A program made the position numbers and the translations under genes. The notes below the pieces were generated by a model that ran no database searches, was not told the origin of the DNA, and was given only the letters and a program-made list of their open reading frames with translations. A DNA stretch of 63,237 bases, the filler included, from Octopus bimaculoides (lineage: Eukaryota), in the NCBI RefSeq assembly GCF_001194135.2. It is 5 parts of 4 records of this genome, joined end to end, with 100 filler letters (N's around TTAATTAATTAA, not from the genome) between each part and the next. Parts side by side here need not be neighbours in the genome. Positions count along the whole stretch, not along the records: positions 1 to 20,124 come from NC_069010.1; 4 more parts are not named here. The stretch is one strand, 5' to 3'. Shown here piece after piece: positions 1-10,559 of the stretch (position 1 is its first letter; every line of letters begins with the position of its first letter).

Positions 1-292
1 ATTCGTGTGTTCGTTTCCTGGATAGGGTTGAACGTTGTGTCCTTAAACAAGGCACTTCATTTCATTTTGTTCCAGTGTATTCCACTGAAAATGGTTTCCA
101 GCCTAGTGATGGTCATCCATTTCTCCCTTCGATCGTCACATCCTTGTTGTCTCATTGAGTCATGCATAAGAAGAACGATAAGGTGTCAGTGTCTACAGAG
201 GCACCTAAAACAATTAGCAAAATCATACTACAAGCTACCTAGTCCAACTGGCTTACGAGTGACGGCTATCAGTATATTTTAATGGACAGGAA
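1..292 (+). mobile_element. tRNA-derived SINE, family C (5' end outside window)
   Basis: B-box-like GTTCGTTTCC followed by GTGTCCTTAAACAAGGCACT. Colinear with the copy at 5507-5742 (shared GATAAGAAGA...GGCACCTACAACAATTAGC block). Confidence 0.7.
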
Positions 293-393
293 ANNNNNNN
301 NNNNNNNNNNNNNNNNNNNNNNNNNNNNNNNNNNNNNNNNNNNNNNNNNNNNNNNNNNNNNNNNNNNNNNNNNNNNNNNNNNNNNNNNNNNNN

Positions 394-845
394 CCTACAA
401 GTTTAAACAGATGCAATTTCCCATCAAACTCTGCTTTCTCATGCCAATGAACAAGGCACCGGGACAATCAGTGCAAGCGGTTGGTTTGTATCTGACAGAG
501 CAAGTTTTCTCACACGCACAACTGTACGTTGGCTGTCCCCATGGTCTTTCTATTTGTGCACCCGAGCGAAGGACGAAGAATGTTGTCTACCAAGAGGCAT
601 TCCAATGATAACAACTGCAACTTCAAGTGCTCCAATTTCAACTCCGCAATTTTTTCATCGTCCTGCCAGCCCACGTAAGTCCAGTCTTGCTTTGCTCTCC
701 TTACTAACTCACCATGACATTCTTTGTTTTCTACCAAGATCCGTCGCCCAAACACCACTTCGTATCCACTTCTTCCTCTTTTTTATGTCTTCGTTTCTCT
801 TTTCACGTTGTTCTTTGACCGGGTGAAACCGGGCTTAGCTGCTAG
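394..845 (+). mobile_element. Helitron 3' end with degenerate PIF1-like helicase C-terminus
   Basis: 394-608 translates as FKQMQFPIKLCFLMPMNKAPGQSVQAVGLYLTEQVFSHAQLYVGC...TKNVVYQEAFQ*, matching the Helitron QFP-x-LAFAMTINKSQGQ...FSHGQLYVA motif. An imperfect GC hairpin CCGGGTGAAACCGG (819-832) is followed by CTAG (842-845) and then T. Confidence 0.85.
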
Positions 846-1459
846 TNNNNNNNNNNNNNNNNNNNNNNNNNNNNNNNNNNNNNNNNNNNNNNNNNNNNNN
901 NNNNNNNNNNNNNNNNNNNNNNNNNNNNNNNNNNNNNNNNNNNNNNNNNNNNNNNNNNNNNNNNNNNNNNNNNNNNNNNNNNNNNNNNNNNNNNNNNNNN
1001 NNNNNNNNNNNNNNNNNNNNNNNNNNNNNNNNNNNNNNNNNNNNNNNNNNNNNNNNNNNNNNNNNNNNNNNNNNNNNNNNNNNNNNNNNNNNNNNNNNNN
1101 NNNNNNNNNNNNNNNNNNNNNNNNNNNNNNNNNNNNNNNNNNNNNNNNNNNNNNNNNNNNNNNNNNNNNNNNNNNNNNNNNNNNNNNNNNNNNNNNNNNN
1201 NNNNNNNNNNNNNNNNNNNNNNNNNNNNNNNNNNNNNNNNNNNNNNNNNNNNNNNNNNNNNNNNNNNNNNNNNNNNNNNNNNNNNNNNNNNNNNNNNNNN
1301 NNNNNNNNNNNNNNNNNNNNNNNNNNNNNNNNNNNNNNNNNNNNNNNNNNNNNNNNNNNNNNNNNNNNNNNNNNNNNNNNNNNNNNNNNNNNNNNNNNNN
1401 NNNNNNNNNNNNNNNNNNNNNNNNNNNNNNNNNNNNNNNNNNNNNNNNNNNNNNNNNNN

Positions 1460-1517
<58 letters not shown>
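1460..1517. repeat. (GT)n microsatellite
   Basis: Direct sequence. Confidence 0.95.
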
Positions 1518-1520
<3 letters not shown>

Positions 1521-1581
1521 ATATGTGCAGAAAGAAAGAAAGAGAAAGAAAGGAAAAGAGAGAGAACAAATATCTACTCAC

Positions 1582-1658
1582 AGCTCTTGATATGCTCTCC
1601 ACAGAGATTTTATATTCTTTGAAGTTTTTAAAAGTCAAATGGAAAAAATTGGTCCAGT
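1582..1658 (-). CDS. Exon E (77 bp, phase 1 to 0) of the LRR-LRRCT-LU protein; encodes (D)WTNFFHLTFKNFKEYKISVESISRA
   Basis: Acceptor TTTATCATTTCATAG, donor GCT|GTGAGT. Joins in frame to the phase-1 end of exon D. Confidence 0.8.
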
Positions 1659-1920
1659 CTATGAAATGATAAAGAAGATAATCATTGCCTCTATAAATGA
1701 GGCACACATCAAAGATTCGCACAAACCCACATACGTAGATAAATATACACTCAACATAATCACATATACACTCAAAAATACATACAAAAAGAACCATATC
1801 GCTCTCACTATCTCTCTGTATACATACATACATACATACAGACAGACAGACATAATACATACATACATATACATACATATATATGTGCGGAGTGTGTATA
1901 ATTAATGAGGGAAACTGAAA

Positions 1921-2494
1921 TTGGAGTTCTTCGAAAGTATTTTTATCGGCAGATAACTTGGAAACGTGCCTGCCGAATGTTCTTAAGTAGTTGTTCAATG
2001 ACTGCTGGAAGATGGTTGGAGCCTATGTCGATATACGAGGCTTCCTCATTTGGTTTGTGATGGGGTTTAAATTTGGTTGTAATAAGGTTCATGTTAATAT
2101 CTAGGAAGTTGACTTCTTTAAGGTTGGTACTAACTGTGGTCCTTAAATAAAATTGGCGTAATATTTTGCATAAGGTTTTCCTTATCCTATCCATATTGTG
2201 TCCGTTTTTATTGTCTACCACTTCCAGGCCATTGTCCCTATATAAACCTATGTTGATTTCTTTTCCAAGGATATTTAGGATATAGAGGCCTAAAATGTCA
2301 GCCATCTCTACACCATTATAGCTCCCTATTGCCATTTCAAATAGATCGTCCTTATTCTTTTTTACCCGGTAGGAATTATCATGAAAATGTAATGACACCC
2401 TTGCGTTCATAATTATATCTACATCAGTGTTTATTATGGTAATATATGCCTTACTATATTCAAGTGCCTTTTGACGAAAGCTGTAGGAGATCAA
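1921..2494 (-). mobile_element. Penelope-like element RT fragment (degenerate)
   Basis: LFEMAIGSYNGVEMADILGLYIL...GLYRDNGL...VNFLDINMNL...KPHHKPNEE...SNHLPAVI corresponds to the PLE RT motifs GSYDGAE / LYRDDGL / FLD / SNHPP. Confidence 0.85.
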
Positions 2495-2527
2495 AGGATA
2501 AAACTCTACGAGTGGTAAAACTCATTT

Positions 2528-3010
2528 GACATCGGCTTCAGCCACCCACCAGTAGTCATTAAACAACATTAGCAGGCGCGTCTCCAATTTATCCTCCGAT
2601 AAAGATACTTTTGAAAAACTCATTGCTAAAATCAGAAAATAGAGAACACACTAAAATACTAAATATCATACAATCAACAGACAACATCCTAAATATTGGG
2701 GACGAAACCTTTTCTCCCTGCATACACAAGCAACATCTCAGACTTGGACACTTCAAAGAGGAACCACCACCCGCGCCGCTAAGACAACAAGGATAGTTTC
2801 TTTTCCTGAACATGAAAATTGAATAAATACAACGCAAGAACCCCACAGCTAGAAGAAACATGTCCATATGACGAACTACCTCAGGACACAAACATACTTA
2901 CATCACATTTACCTAGAATGCAATATAATGTAAACAAATTTAACCTCCTACAAAAGTCAAATCTAAGGGAGATAACCACTCAAAATGTGTCATCCAAGAG
3001 TAGCGCCCCT
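2528..3010 (+). mobile_element. Penelope-like fragment, inverted relative to 1921-2494
   Basis: 2528-2620 aligns by eye to the reverse complement of 1921-2030 and encodes NNISRRVSNLSSDKDTFEK. The extent beyond about 2620 is uncertain. Confidence 0.6.
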
Positions 3011-3621
3011 TGATTTATTATTTATTATTTTCCTTACGAGATTTTCTGCGAATTCACGGGAGTTTGTGTTTTCATCCGAATTGGAGATGAGCACCATTCC
3101 TCCATGTGATCAACGTGAAAAATTGTTAAAGTAATAAGATGTTGTCCNNNNNNNNNNNNNNNNNNNNNNNNNNNNNNNNNNNNNNNNNNNNNNNNNNNNN
3201 NNNNNNNNNNNNNNNNNNNNNNNNNNNNNNNNNNNNNNNNNNNNNNNNNNNNNNNNNNNNNNNNNNNNNNNNNNNNNNNNNNNNNNNNNNNNNNNNNNNN
3301 NNNNNNNNNNNNNNNNNNNNNNNNNNNNNNNNNNNNNNNNNNNNNNNNNNNNNNNNNNNNNNNNNNNNNNNNNNNNNNNNNNNNNNNNNNNTATATATAT
3401 ATATGCGTGTGTGTGTGTGTGTGTATGTATATGTACATACATGCACACATCTGTATGTATGTATGCACGGCCGCTTGTGTATACACATATATACACACAT
3501 GCACACATATATACATACAACAAAATATGTTCCCATACATTAACTATCATATTATCTTTTTATTAACTATTAATCTGTAATAAATCAGGTTTAGTTATAT
3601 TAGGCAATAAATAAGACTTAC

Positions 3622-3805
3622 CAAGGAAATCATTCTTGTTACATAAGGCTCCGTTGCAACAACCAACACAAGAAGTGCCTTTGGTCCATTTGTTGCATGT
3701 AAGGGTATTGTTTCTCATAGCTTCAACACATTTTTTGTATGTGCTGCAAGACTTTTCAGTCTTCAGTTTAACACCGTTTGTTGATAATGCCAATCGGCAT
3801 ACTGG
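3622..3805 (-). CDS. Exon D (184 bp, phase 0 to 1): C-terminal part of the Ly6/uPAR three-finger domain, PVCRLALSTNGVKLKTEKSCSTYKKCVEAMRNNTLTCNKWTKGTSCVGCCNGALCNKNDFL
   Basis: Acceptor TCTATTATTACAG, donor TG|GTAAGT. Contains the CC-x4-CN motif typical of LU domains. Confidence 0.9.
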
Positions 3806-5506
3806 CTGTAATAATAGATATGAAAATCATACACTACAACCACAACATTTACTACTACGACTACTGCTAACTACAGCAACAACTTTGGAAATATTTATCA
3901 TGCAAGAAGGTTTAATCATTGCTTAAAAAATAGCCTAAAGCAACAAATGAAACCGAACAACATAAGTAATTCTCTATAAAGTTTATGGCTATTTACGACT
4001 TATAATAGATAATGTTTTGAATGCTTACAGTATTCAAAGTTCTCTGATCACATATAGATATGGCAATCGTATCACGGTTCAAATCAAAACCACTTCACCC
4101 TGTCACTCACCATCAAACTTGAAATAGGTCAAATAATCCCAACAAATATGTATCATTCCGCCAAACTTTCCTCTGCATCGGGGAATGCAGACGAGGACTT
4201 TTTTTTTTTTTGATGCAAAATTTACGAAACATCATACGCGCAAAACTCACCAGCAACAGCAAATCATTCACCTATACCCAAAGATGATAATTAGATAAAT
4301 TTATCAGATTGAATACCTCAGGCTTTGCAAATAAAACAGAAAATGCATAAATAGACACAAGAGAAATATGCTTTTATTTTTTAAGTATAATTTATAGTCA
4401 CGAAATGAAAATAGGATAACTTAGTATAAAATGTAGAGAGATAATAGCCAAGATTTAAATGTATCATCGGACCTCAATAGACTTAATAAGATACATTCTG
4501 AAAACGAAAAATATCAGAAATTGAAAGGAACATTTAAAGGGGAAAATGCACCACAAGACAATTAATGATTTCATACACCTAACAACGATAAAAGCAAAGA
4601 AAATGTAGTTCACGAAATTAGAAATATGTGTTGCCTTAATTTGAACCTGAAACTCGTTTCTTTGAAACGAGGAGAATTTTCAGAAATAAAAATCCATATC
4701 CATGAAACTGAGTTACGACGCCATGAACAAATAACCAATAGAAACTACACATAATATCGGTAGACTGGCGTCTTCAAAAAAGCCAATGGAGTCGGCGATT
4801 GCAAACGAAGGAAGCTTTAAATAAGCTAACTCAGCTTCAAGAAAACAGAAAGGTCTGAGAGCAGGACAGACAATAAAATAGAGAACAGAATGCAGCCATG
4901 CACTTATATCAAGCTCTGTTCTCCTATATTCCCGCAAATCAGTTAATGTGAAGCATTGATCTGTGCCATTACCGGTGTCCTTTATTGCTTCTCTCGTGTT
5001 TCTTCGTTCATCAATGTACTGGAGTACAACTACGTGCTCAGAGATACGCCTGGCAATTTCAACTCGTGTTTTAGCTGCGTTTTAAACGTATTGCTTGTGT
5101 CTTTTCCACTTGAAATAATACCACCCACCCATCATGTTCTGAAGAGTTTGTTGTACTACTTGATGAGAGCGAAGATTTAATACACTTTCAATTTTTCATA
5201 AGTAGAGATATATAATATTTCTCTGTTCTTGTACTTTTCAACTTCGTCTATCAAACAGCCTCTTTTGCTATAGCGACCAGACAAAGGATAATTGTCATTT
5301 TCTGCTTTAACTAATTCATTGATCCACTCTTAGTAATCTTTGCGAACTGAAGGGGTCACGTCCGACTTCCAACTACCCCCTCTAAGTCTAGCGACCCCAG
5401 ATCGTTCCATAGGAACCTTGATCTCAAGTTGCCTCCTGGCCACGTACATTCACACACCCCACTCTAAGTACAGCTATGTTTAACGGAGAAAGGTCCCTCA
5501 TAAGTA

Positions 5507-5742
5507 CTTGTGTTCGATTCTTGGACAGGGTTCAATGTTGTTTCCTTGCACTTTGTTTTAGTCTACTCAAATGAAAAGGGCTCCCAGACTAGTGTTTGTC
5601 ATCTTTTTCTCCCTTCAATCGTCAGATCTTTGTTGTCCCATTGCGTCATGGATAAGAAGATCAATAGGGTGTCCATGTCTACACAGGCACCTACAACAAT
5701 TAGCGAGTGACAGTCATGGATATATTTTAACGGAAAGGAAGA
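5507..5742 (+). mobile_element. tRNA-derived SINE, family C
   Basis: GTGTTCGATTC B-box. Colinear with 1-292. Confidence 0.7.
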
Positions 5743-5761
5743 AAGTAAGATCCTAGTTTAC

Positions 5762-5853
5762 CTTTGCTCTTGGACAACTGGTCACATCTGAATCATTGCA
5801 AATCATCCTTGAACATGTTTGACACTGCAAATTCCTTTGAAATAACGAGTAAT
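5762..5853 (-). CDS. Exon C (92 bp, phase 1 to 0): N-terminal part of the LU domain, (N)YSLFQRNLQCQTCSRMICNDSDVTSCPRAK
   Basis: Acceptor TTGTATTCTGTAG, donor AAG|GTAAAC. LxCxxC start of an LU domain; in frame with exons B and D. Confidence 0.9.
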
Positions 5854-6138
5854 CTACAGAATACAAGTAAATATCTGTATTTATGAACCAAATAGTGCGA
5901 TGCATAGCTATAACAAGAAATATTTTCTTTCTGATGTAAAGCAAATGTATACGCATTAGTGTTGGAATCAATACATGTTAGACATATAAACCAAATTATT
6001 AACAAAGACTATAAACCTATTTTTATATTCATTTAGAAATGTTTCAATTGTCACAAATTCAACTGAGAAAAGCATGAAAGCTATCTGTTGCCCTTCTCTT
6101 TTAGTATTCTGATCTCACACAAAAATGTGAAACTTGTG

Positions 6139-6202
6139 GAACAAGTCAAATAAAGGGATGAACAAGTCAAATAAAGGGATGAACAAGTCAAATAAAGGGA
6201 TG

Positions 6203-6204
<2 letters not shown>
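6139..6204. repeat. 21-bp tandem repeat GAACAAGTCAAATAAAGGGAT x3.1 abutting (TA)n
   Basis: Three identical units at 6139, 6160 and 6181. Confidence 0.95.
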
Positions 6205-6238
<34 letters not shown>

Positions 6239-6387
6239 TTATATGCATACATGCGTACATACATACACACACACACATATATATATATATATATGCATGT
6301 ATATACATACACATACACACACAAACACACACACACATATATATATACACATACATGTATATACATGCCCATATATATACGCACATA

Positions 6388-7170
6388 TGCGGGGTCATCG
6401 AAAAAGGTTTCCGTGATTTCAAAATGAAATAACTAAGTCCGTATTAAAGATATACTATTTATGCACTGATCCCGGATTTTTTCTGCGTAGACAATGTTCT
6501 TAAGATAATCCCAAAAGAACTCCGTAGGAGTTAGATCAAGGTTTCTAGGTGGCCACAAAATAGGACCATCCCTTCCAATCCAGCGGCCAGGAATCTGTTG
6601 TTGAGAACTTGTTGCACATTATGGTTGTAGTGAGCCGGTGCTCCGTCCTGCTGGAAAATTACACTTATTCCCTTTTCTCTTTCAATGTCTGCAATTTGAG
6701 GAACAGATAAATTTCTAGCATGTCCAAGTAACTAGCGCCTGTAATCGTGTTTTCTACGAATATGAAAGGGCCAAGATCACGATCATGCAGAGATCTACAC
6801 CATACATGAAACTTGGGCGAATTACAGACGTACTGGAAAACTTCATTGGGTTGTTGAGCTCTCCACATCTGACTTTTATATCGGTTAACACAACCATTTA
6901 TGTGGAATGTTGCTTCATCACAAAATAAAATTCTGTTAAGATAACTATTATCGTCATCAATTTCTCTCACTATCGTTACATCAAATTTAGCGCTTTTAGG
7001 CCTATCTGTCTCCTTAATCTTATGTCTCATTTGAATTCTGTAAGCATGCAGTCTTAGGCGTTTGTGCAGCACATTTTGAATTATTGCTTTAGACATACGA
7101 AGTTACAAACTGCATCGATGGACTTCTTAGGACTATGCAAACATGATCTGCATACTGGACGATAGGATCA
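6388..7170 (-). mobile_element. Tc1/mariner-superfamily transposase remnant, DD41D (rosa/VS)-like
   Basis: ILFCDEATFHINGCVNR...HVWC...GPFIF...YLDML, then IFQQDGAPAHY...F(frameshift)PGRWIGRDGPILWPPRNLDLTPTEFFWDYL. There are 41 residues between the second D and the position of the third acidic residue, with one inferred frameshift. Confidence 0.8.
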
Positions 7171-7705
7171 ATGACATCTTAGAGCATCATAGAGCATTGT
7201 GTCATCTGAGTCAGCAACGAGTCGATACTCACGCGATATTTCCACTTCACCGACCACTCTGCCTCACGCCTCTCGGTTTTCGATTTAAACCTTCAACACC
7301 GGATTTCCTATCTCTCGTTTCTTTAGGGAAGACGAGTACATCTTTCTGAAAACTTATGCGCTTTTTGATTTAAGTTCCCACCATCACATTCTTTCATCTA
7401 CATTTTAACTCCCCACCATCTGCTGTGCCAATGTATGCTTTAATTGTCTACTTCGTTTTCTTTTTCCTTTTCCCGCTGCACCACATCCACCAACCCACAG
7501 CCATACATTATTTGTCCCTGCTCCCATATTTACACTTTACACACACTTCACATGCTAGCTCACAGTTTCTACATACATACCTCACTTCAGCACCACAATT
7601 ACTCTCGTCACACTTTATTACACCCTCTACATCTTTCCCAGTGTATGTTCTATCTTTGACACATACATACAGACACATACACACTGGTACATAGATTCAT
7701 ATACA

Positions 7706-8260
7706 TTCAGCGTGACCAGCTGAGACTATGGGTATTACTAGCCATCTTGACCTTGGTCTACCCCTACATATCCTGCCAATTGTAGTGGTAGAGGCTTCAG
7801 GTACCTCCAGCATATGTCCTATCAGAACCTACTGTCAATACACTTTCCGACTGGGCTCCCAAGTGTGATCAAAGGAAACTGTTATCTAGTCATGTGTTCT
7901 TGTTCAACCCCTAGATTTCCTGTCGGTTTGCATGGGTTGAATGGTATTGCGATTTTCTCGTGTGACATTCTAATCGCATACCCGTATAACCCAAAAGGTA
8001 GTGCCTCAATGTAGAAAACGAACGACTCGATCTGGAGAGACTCCGTCATCTCCAGGGTACGCACTGGGTCGAGTAAAATTACTCCAGGGATTCTTCGGAG
8101 AAGTCCCATTTCAGCCGCTTCTATTTGCGATCAAACCCTTTCGATCGTTAGTCAACATTCATTACGGTAGGTGAGGATCGGCACGAAAACCAAACTGAGG
8201 ATACCGTTTTTGACCCTTTTTTTTACTAAGCTGTTCTCTTCTGAGGATCGAATACTGGAA
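7706..8260 (-). mobile_element. RTE-clade LINE 3' fragment
   Basis: VFVPILTYRNEC...IEAAEMGLLRRIPGVILLDPVR...GLYGYAIRM matches the RTE C-terminal consensus (PILTYG.E.W / QAAEMRFLRRI / WYGHV.RM). Confidence 0.75.
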
Positions 8261-8296
8261 CATTTGTCTATCTCAGAAAAGTGATTATGCCAATAA

Positions 8297-8722
8297 TAAA
8301 CCCACGCACTGGTTCTATTTCCTTTTATTATCCATCCCTTTGTTAACAATTTGTTAACACATTATCAAAACGAATTCTCGATGAAACGTTCGGCCAATCA
8401 ATCAGTTATGATTGTAAGAAATCCTTTGTTGTCATTCACGACCTCTTCAATGACCGTTTTAATGTTTTCGTTCTATACTTACATAGTTGTGAGTGAGAAT
8501 GTNNNNNNNNNNGAAATAAACCCACGCACTGGTTCTATTTCCTTTTATTATCCATCCCTTTGTTAACAATTTGTTAACACATTATCAAAACGAATTCTCG
8601 ATGAAACGTTCGGCCAATCAATCAGTTATGATTGTAAGAAATCCTTTGTTGTCATTCACGACCTCTTCAATGACCGTTTTAATGTTTTCGTTCTATACTT
8701 ACATAGTTGTGAGTGAGAATGT
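8297..8722. repeat. ~206-bp direct duplication across a 10-N gap (probable assembly overlap)
   Basis: 8297-8502 and 8517-8722 appear identical; the ORF track gives identical peptides at 8351 and 8571. Confidence 0.85.
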
Positions 8723-9088
8723 ACATGAAAGAGGAAGGGAGTTAGAAAGAGAGAGTGTCTGTCTGTGTGTATGTGTGTGTGTATGTGCACGCACATTCAT
8801 GCATATGTGCGCTGTCGTGTGTCTGTTTGTGTGTGTATGTGTTTGTGTGTGTGTGCCTGCGTGTGTTTGTGTGCCGATGACGGTTTGTGTGATACAGTTT
8901 AATCTGTAAGTGCATTAGAGAGAAAATGTGAATGTGAAGCGTGTAGATGGTAAAACGTTTATTTCTTTATACCTTTATCTATTGTTTCAGTTTCACAAGA
9001 CATTATATGGAGAACTTCAGAGAATAACCCGGATTTTTGTTAGTTTTAATAGTAAAAGAAAAACAGAAGCAAGGAAGATTTTACTAAC

Positions 9089-9246
9089 TTTGACATTGCG
9101 AATAATCCAGTATAAATATTTCTCTGCTTGGAGTTTCCCGACACGTGCCTTGGACAATCACATTTCTGGTATAGACTTTTTTAATATGTTTTACGAAGGC
9201 TGGTAGGTGACAGCCACACTTCATATTCTTATTGTTTGTGAGGTCA
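9089..9246 (-). CDS. Exon B (158 bp, phase 2 to 1): last LRR strand plus LRRCT, (L)DLTNNKNMKCGCHLPAFVKHIKKVYTRNVIVQGTCRETPSREIFILDYSQCQ
   Basis: Acceptor TTTATAATTACAG, donor AA|GTTAGT. LDLxxN followed by CxC...C...C is the LRRCT pattern; phases match exons A and C. Confidence 0.9.
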
Positions 9247-9839
9247 CTGTAATTATAAAGAGAACTCTAACTGAATGCGCTTCAGATCACCAGAGAAACT
9301 CCTGTTTGATTTGACAAGAAGCACAGATTAGAAAATTCGAACAGGTGTATAAAAGTTATGACATTCATGGTTTTTTGCCCCCAAATTGTTAATAACATCA
9401 ATAATTTGAAATGGTTTCTAGTGGAAAGTGAACATATATCACGCTTCTATTATTTTTTAGCTTACATATTGAATAATAAAGTACCTTTAAGTAAGAAGAT
9501 TTTTATCCACTTAAAACGATTCCATTTTATTGTGTTTTAGGGACATTTTAGTGACGGATATTTGGTGGTAGCCACTTTGTGCCGCTGTCTCTGAGAAAAA
9601 CTCATTTAGATGGGAGGTTTTGGTGCTAAGAAGGTTGTATTTATTCAGTGCGGCAAATATTTTTTAAGTCAGAGATTGACCAGTGCAGAAACTGAAAAAT
9701 TACAGTGTTGTACTTCTTTAAGTTTCTGCGGTACAGACATGTATAGTAATGTTCTTAATTAACAAGGGGGAATTTATATACATTTTTCGAAATATCAATT
9801 TAAATCTTTTCAGTTTTTTAAGAAACAACAACAACAACA

Positions 9840-10525
9840 ATGGTTTCAAATTTTGGGACAAGGCCAGCAATTTAGGGTAGGGGTAAATCAACAACATCGA
9901 CCCCAGTGTCCAACTGGTACTTATTTTAACGATTCCGAAAGGATGAAAGGTAAAGTCAAACTCGGCAAAATGTGAACTCGGAACGTAAAAACGGACGAAA
10001 TGCCGCTCAGTATTTTATCCGGCGTGATAACGAGTCTGCCAGATCGTTACCTTAACAACTATAATAATAATGGTTTCAAATTTTAGTACAAGGCCAAGTA
10101 TTTTGGGGGTGGGTGCTAGTCGATTACATCGACCCCAGAGTTCAACTGGTACTTAATTTATCGACTCCGAAAGATGAAACGCAAAGTCGACCTCGGCGGA
10201 ATTTGGACTCAGAATGTAGCGACCGGCGAAATACCGCTGAGCATTTCGTCCAGCGTGCTAGCGAATCCGTCAGCACGCCGCCACAACAACAGCAACAATA
10301 ACAATAATAATCCTTCTACTATAGGTACAAAGCTCGAAATTTTGGAGGAAGGAGCTAGTCGATTACATCGACCCCAGTACGCAACTGGTATTTAATTTAT
10401 CGACCCTTAAAGGATGAAAGGCAAAGTCGACCTCGACGGAATTTGAATTCAGAACGTAACGGCAGACGAAATACAGCTAATCATTTCGCCCGGCGTGCTA
10501 ACGATTCCGCCACCTAGCCGCCTTA
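9840..10525 (-). mobile_element. Three head-to-tail copies of tRNA-SINE family A
   Basis: Copies at about 9840-10055, 10070-10282 and 10310-10525, each carrying the GGTCGACTTTGCCTTTCATCCTTTCGG...AAGTACCAG core and separated by (AAC/AAT)n. Confidence 0.9.
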
Positions 10526-10559
10526 AGAAGAAGAAGAAGAAGAATGTTTAACCAAATTA

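Noticed and set aside
3038-3147. Minus-strand candidate exon (W)TTSYYF... ending at GTAAGG
   Set aside because: It has an in-frame TGA in the WTTS frame and its acceptor is hidden in a gap. Exon 1582-1658 gives a clean in-phase continuation instead.
8297-8722. Tandem ~206-bp duplication giving two identical ORFs
   Set aside because: Identical copies flank a 10-N gap, typical of an uncollapsed contig overlap.
9840-10525. Regularly spaced repeats resembling an array (also 43945-44600 and 6139-6204)
   Set aside because: These are SINE copies or simple tandem units without unique spacers, in a eukaryote. Not CRISPR.
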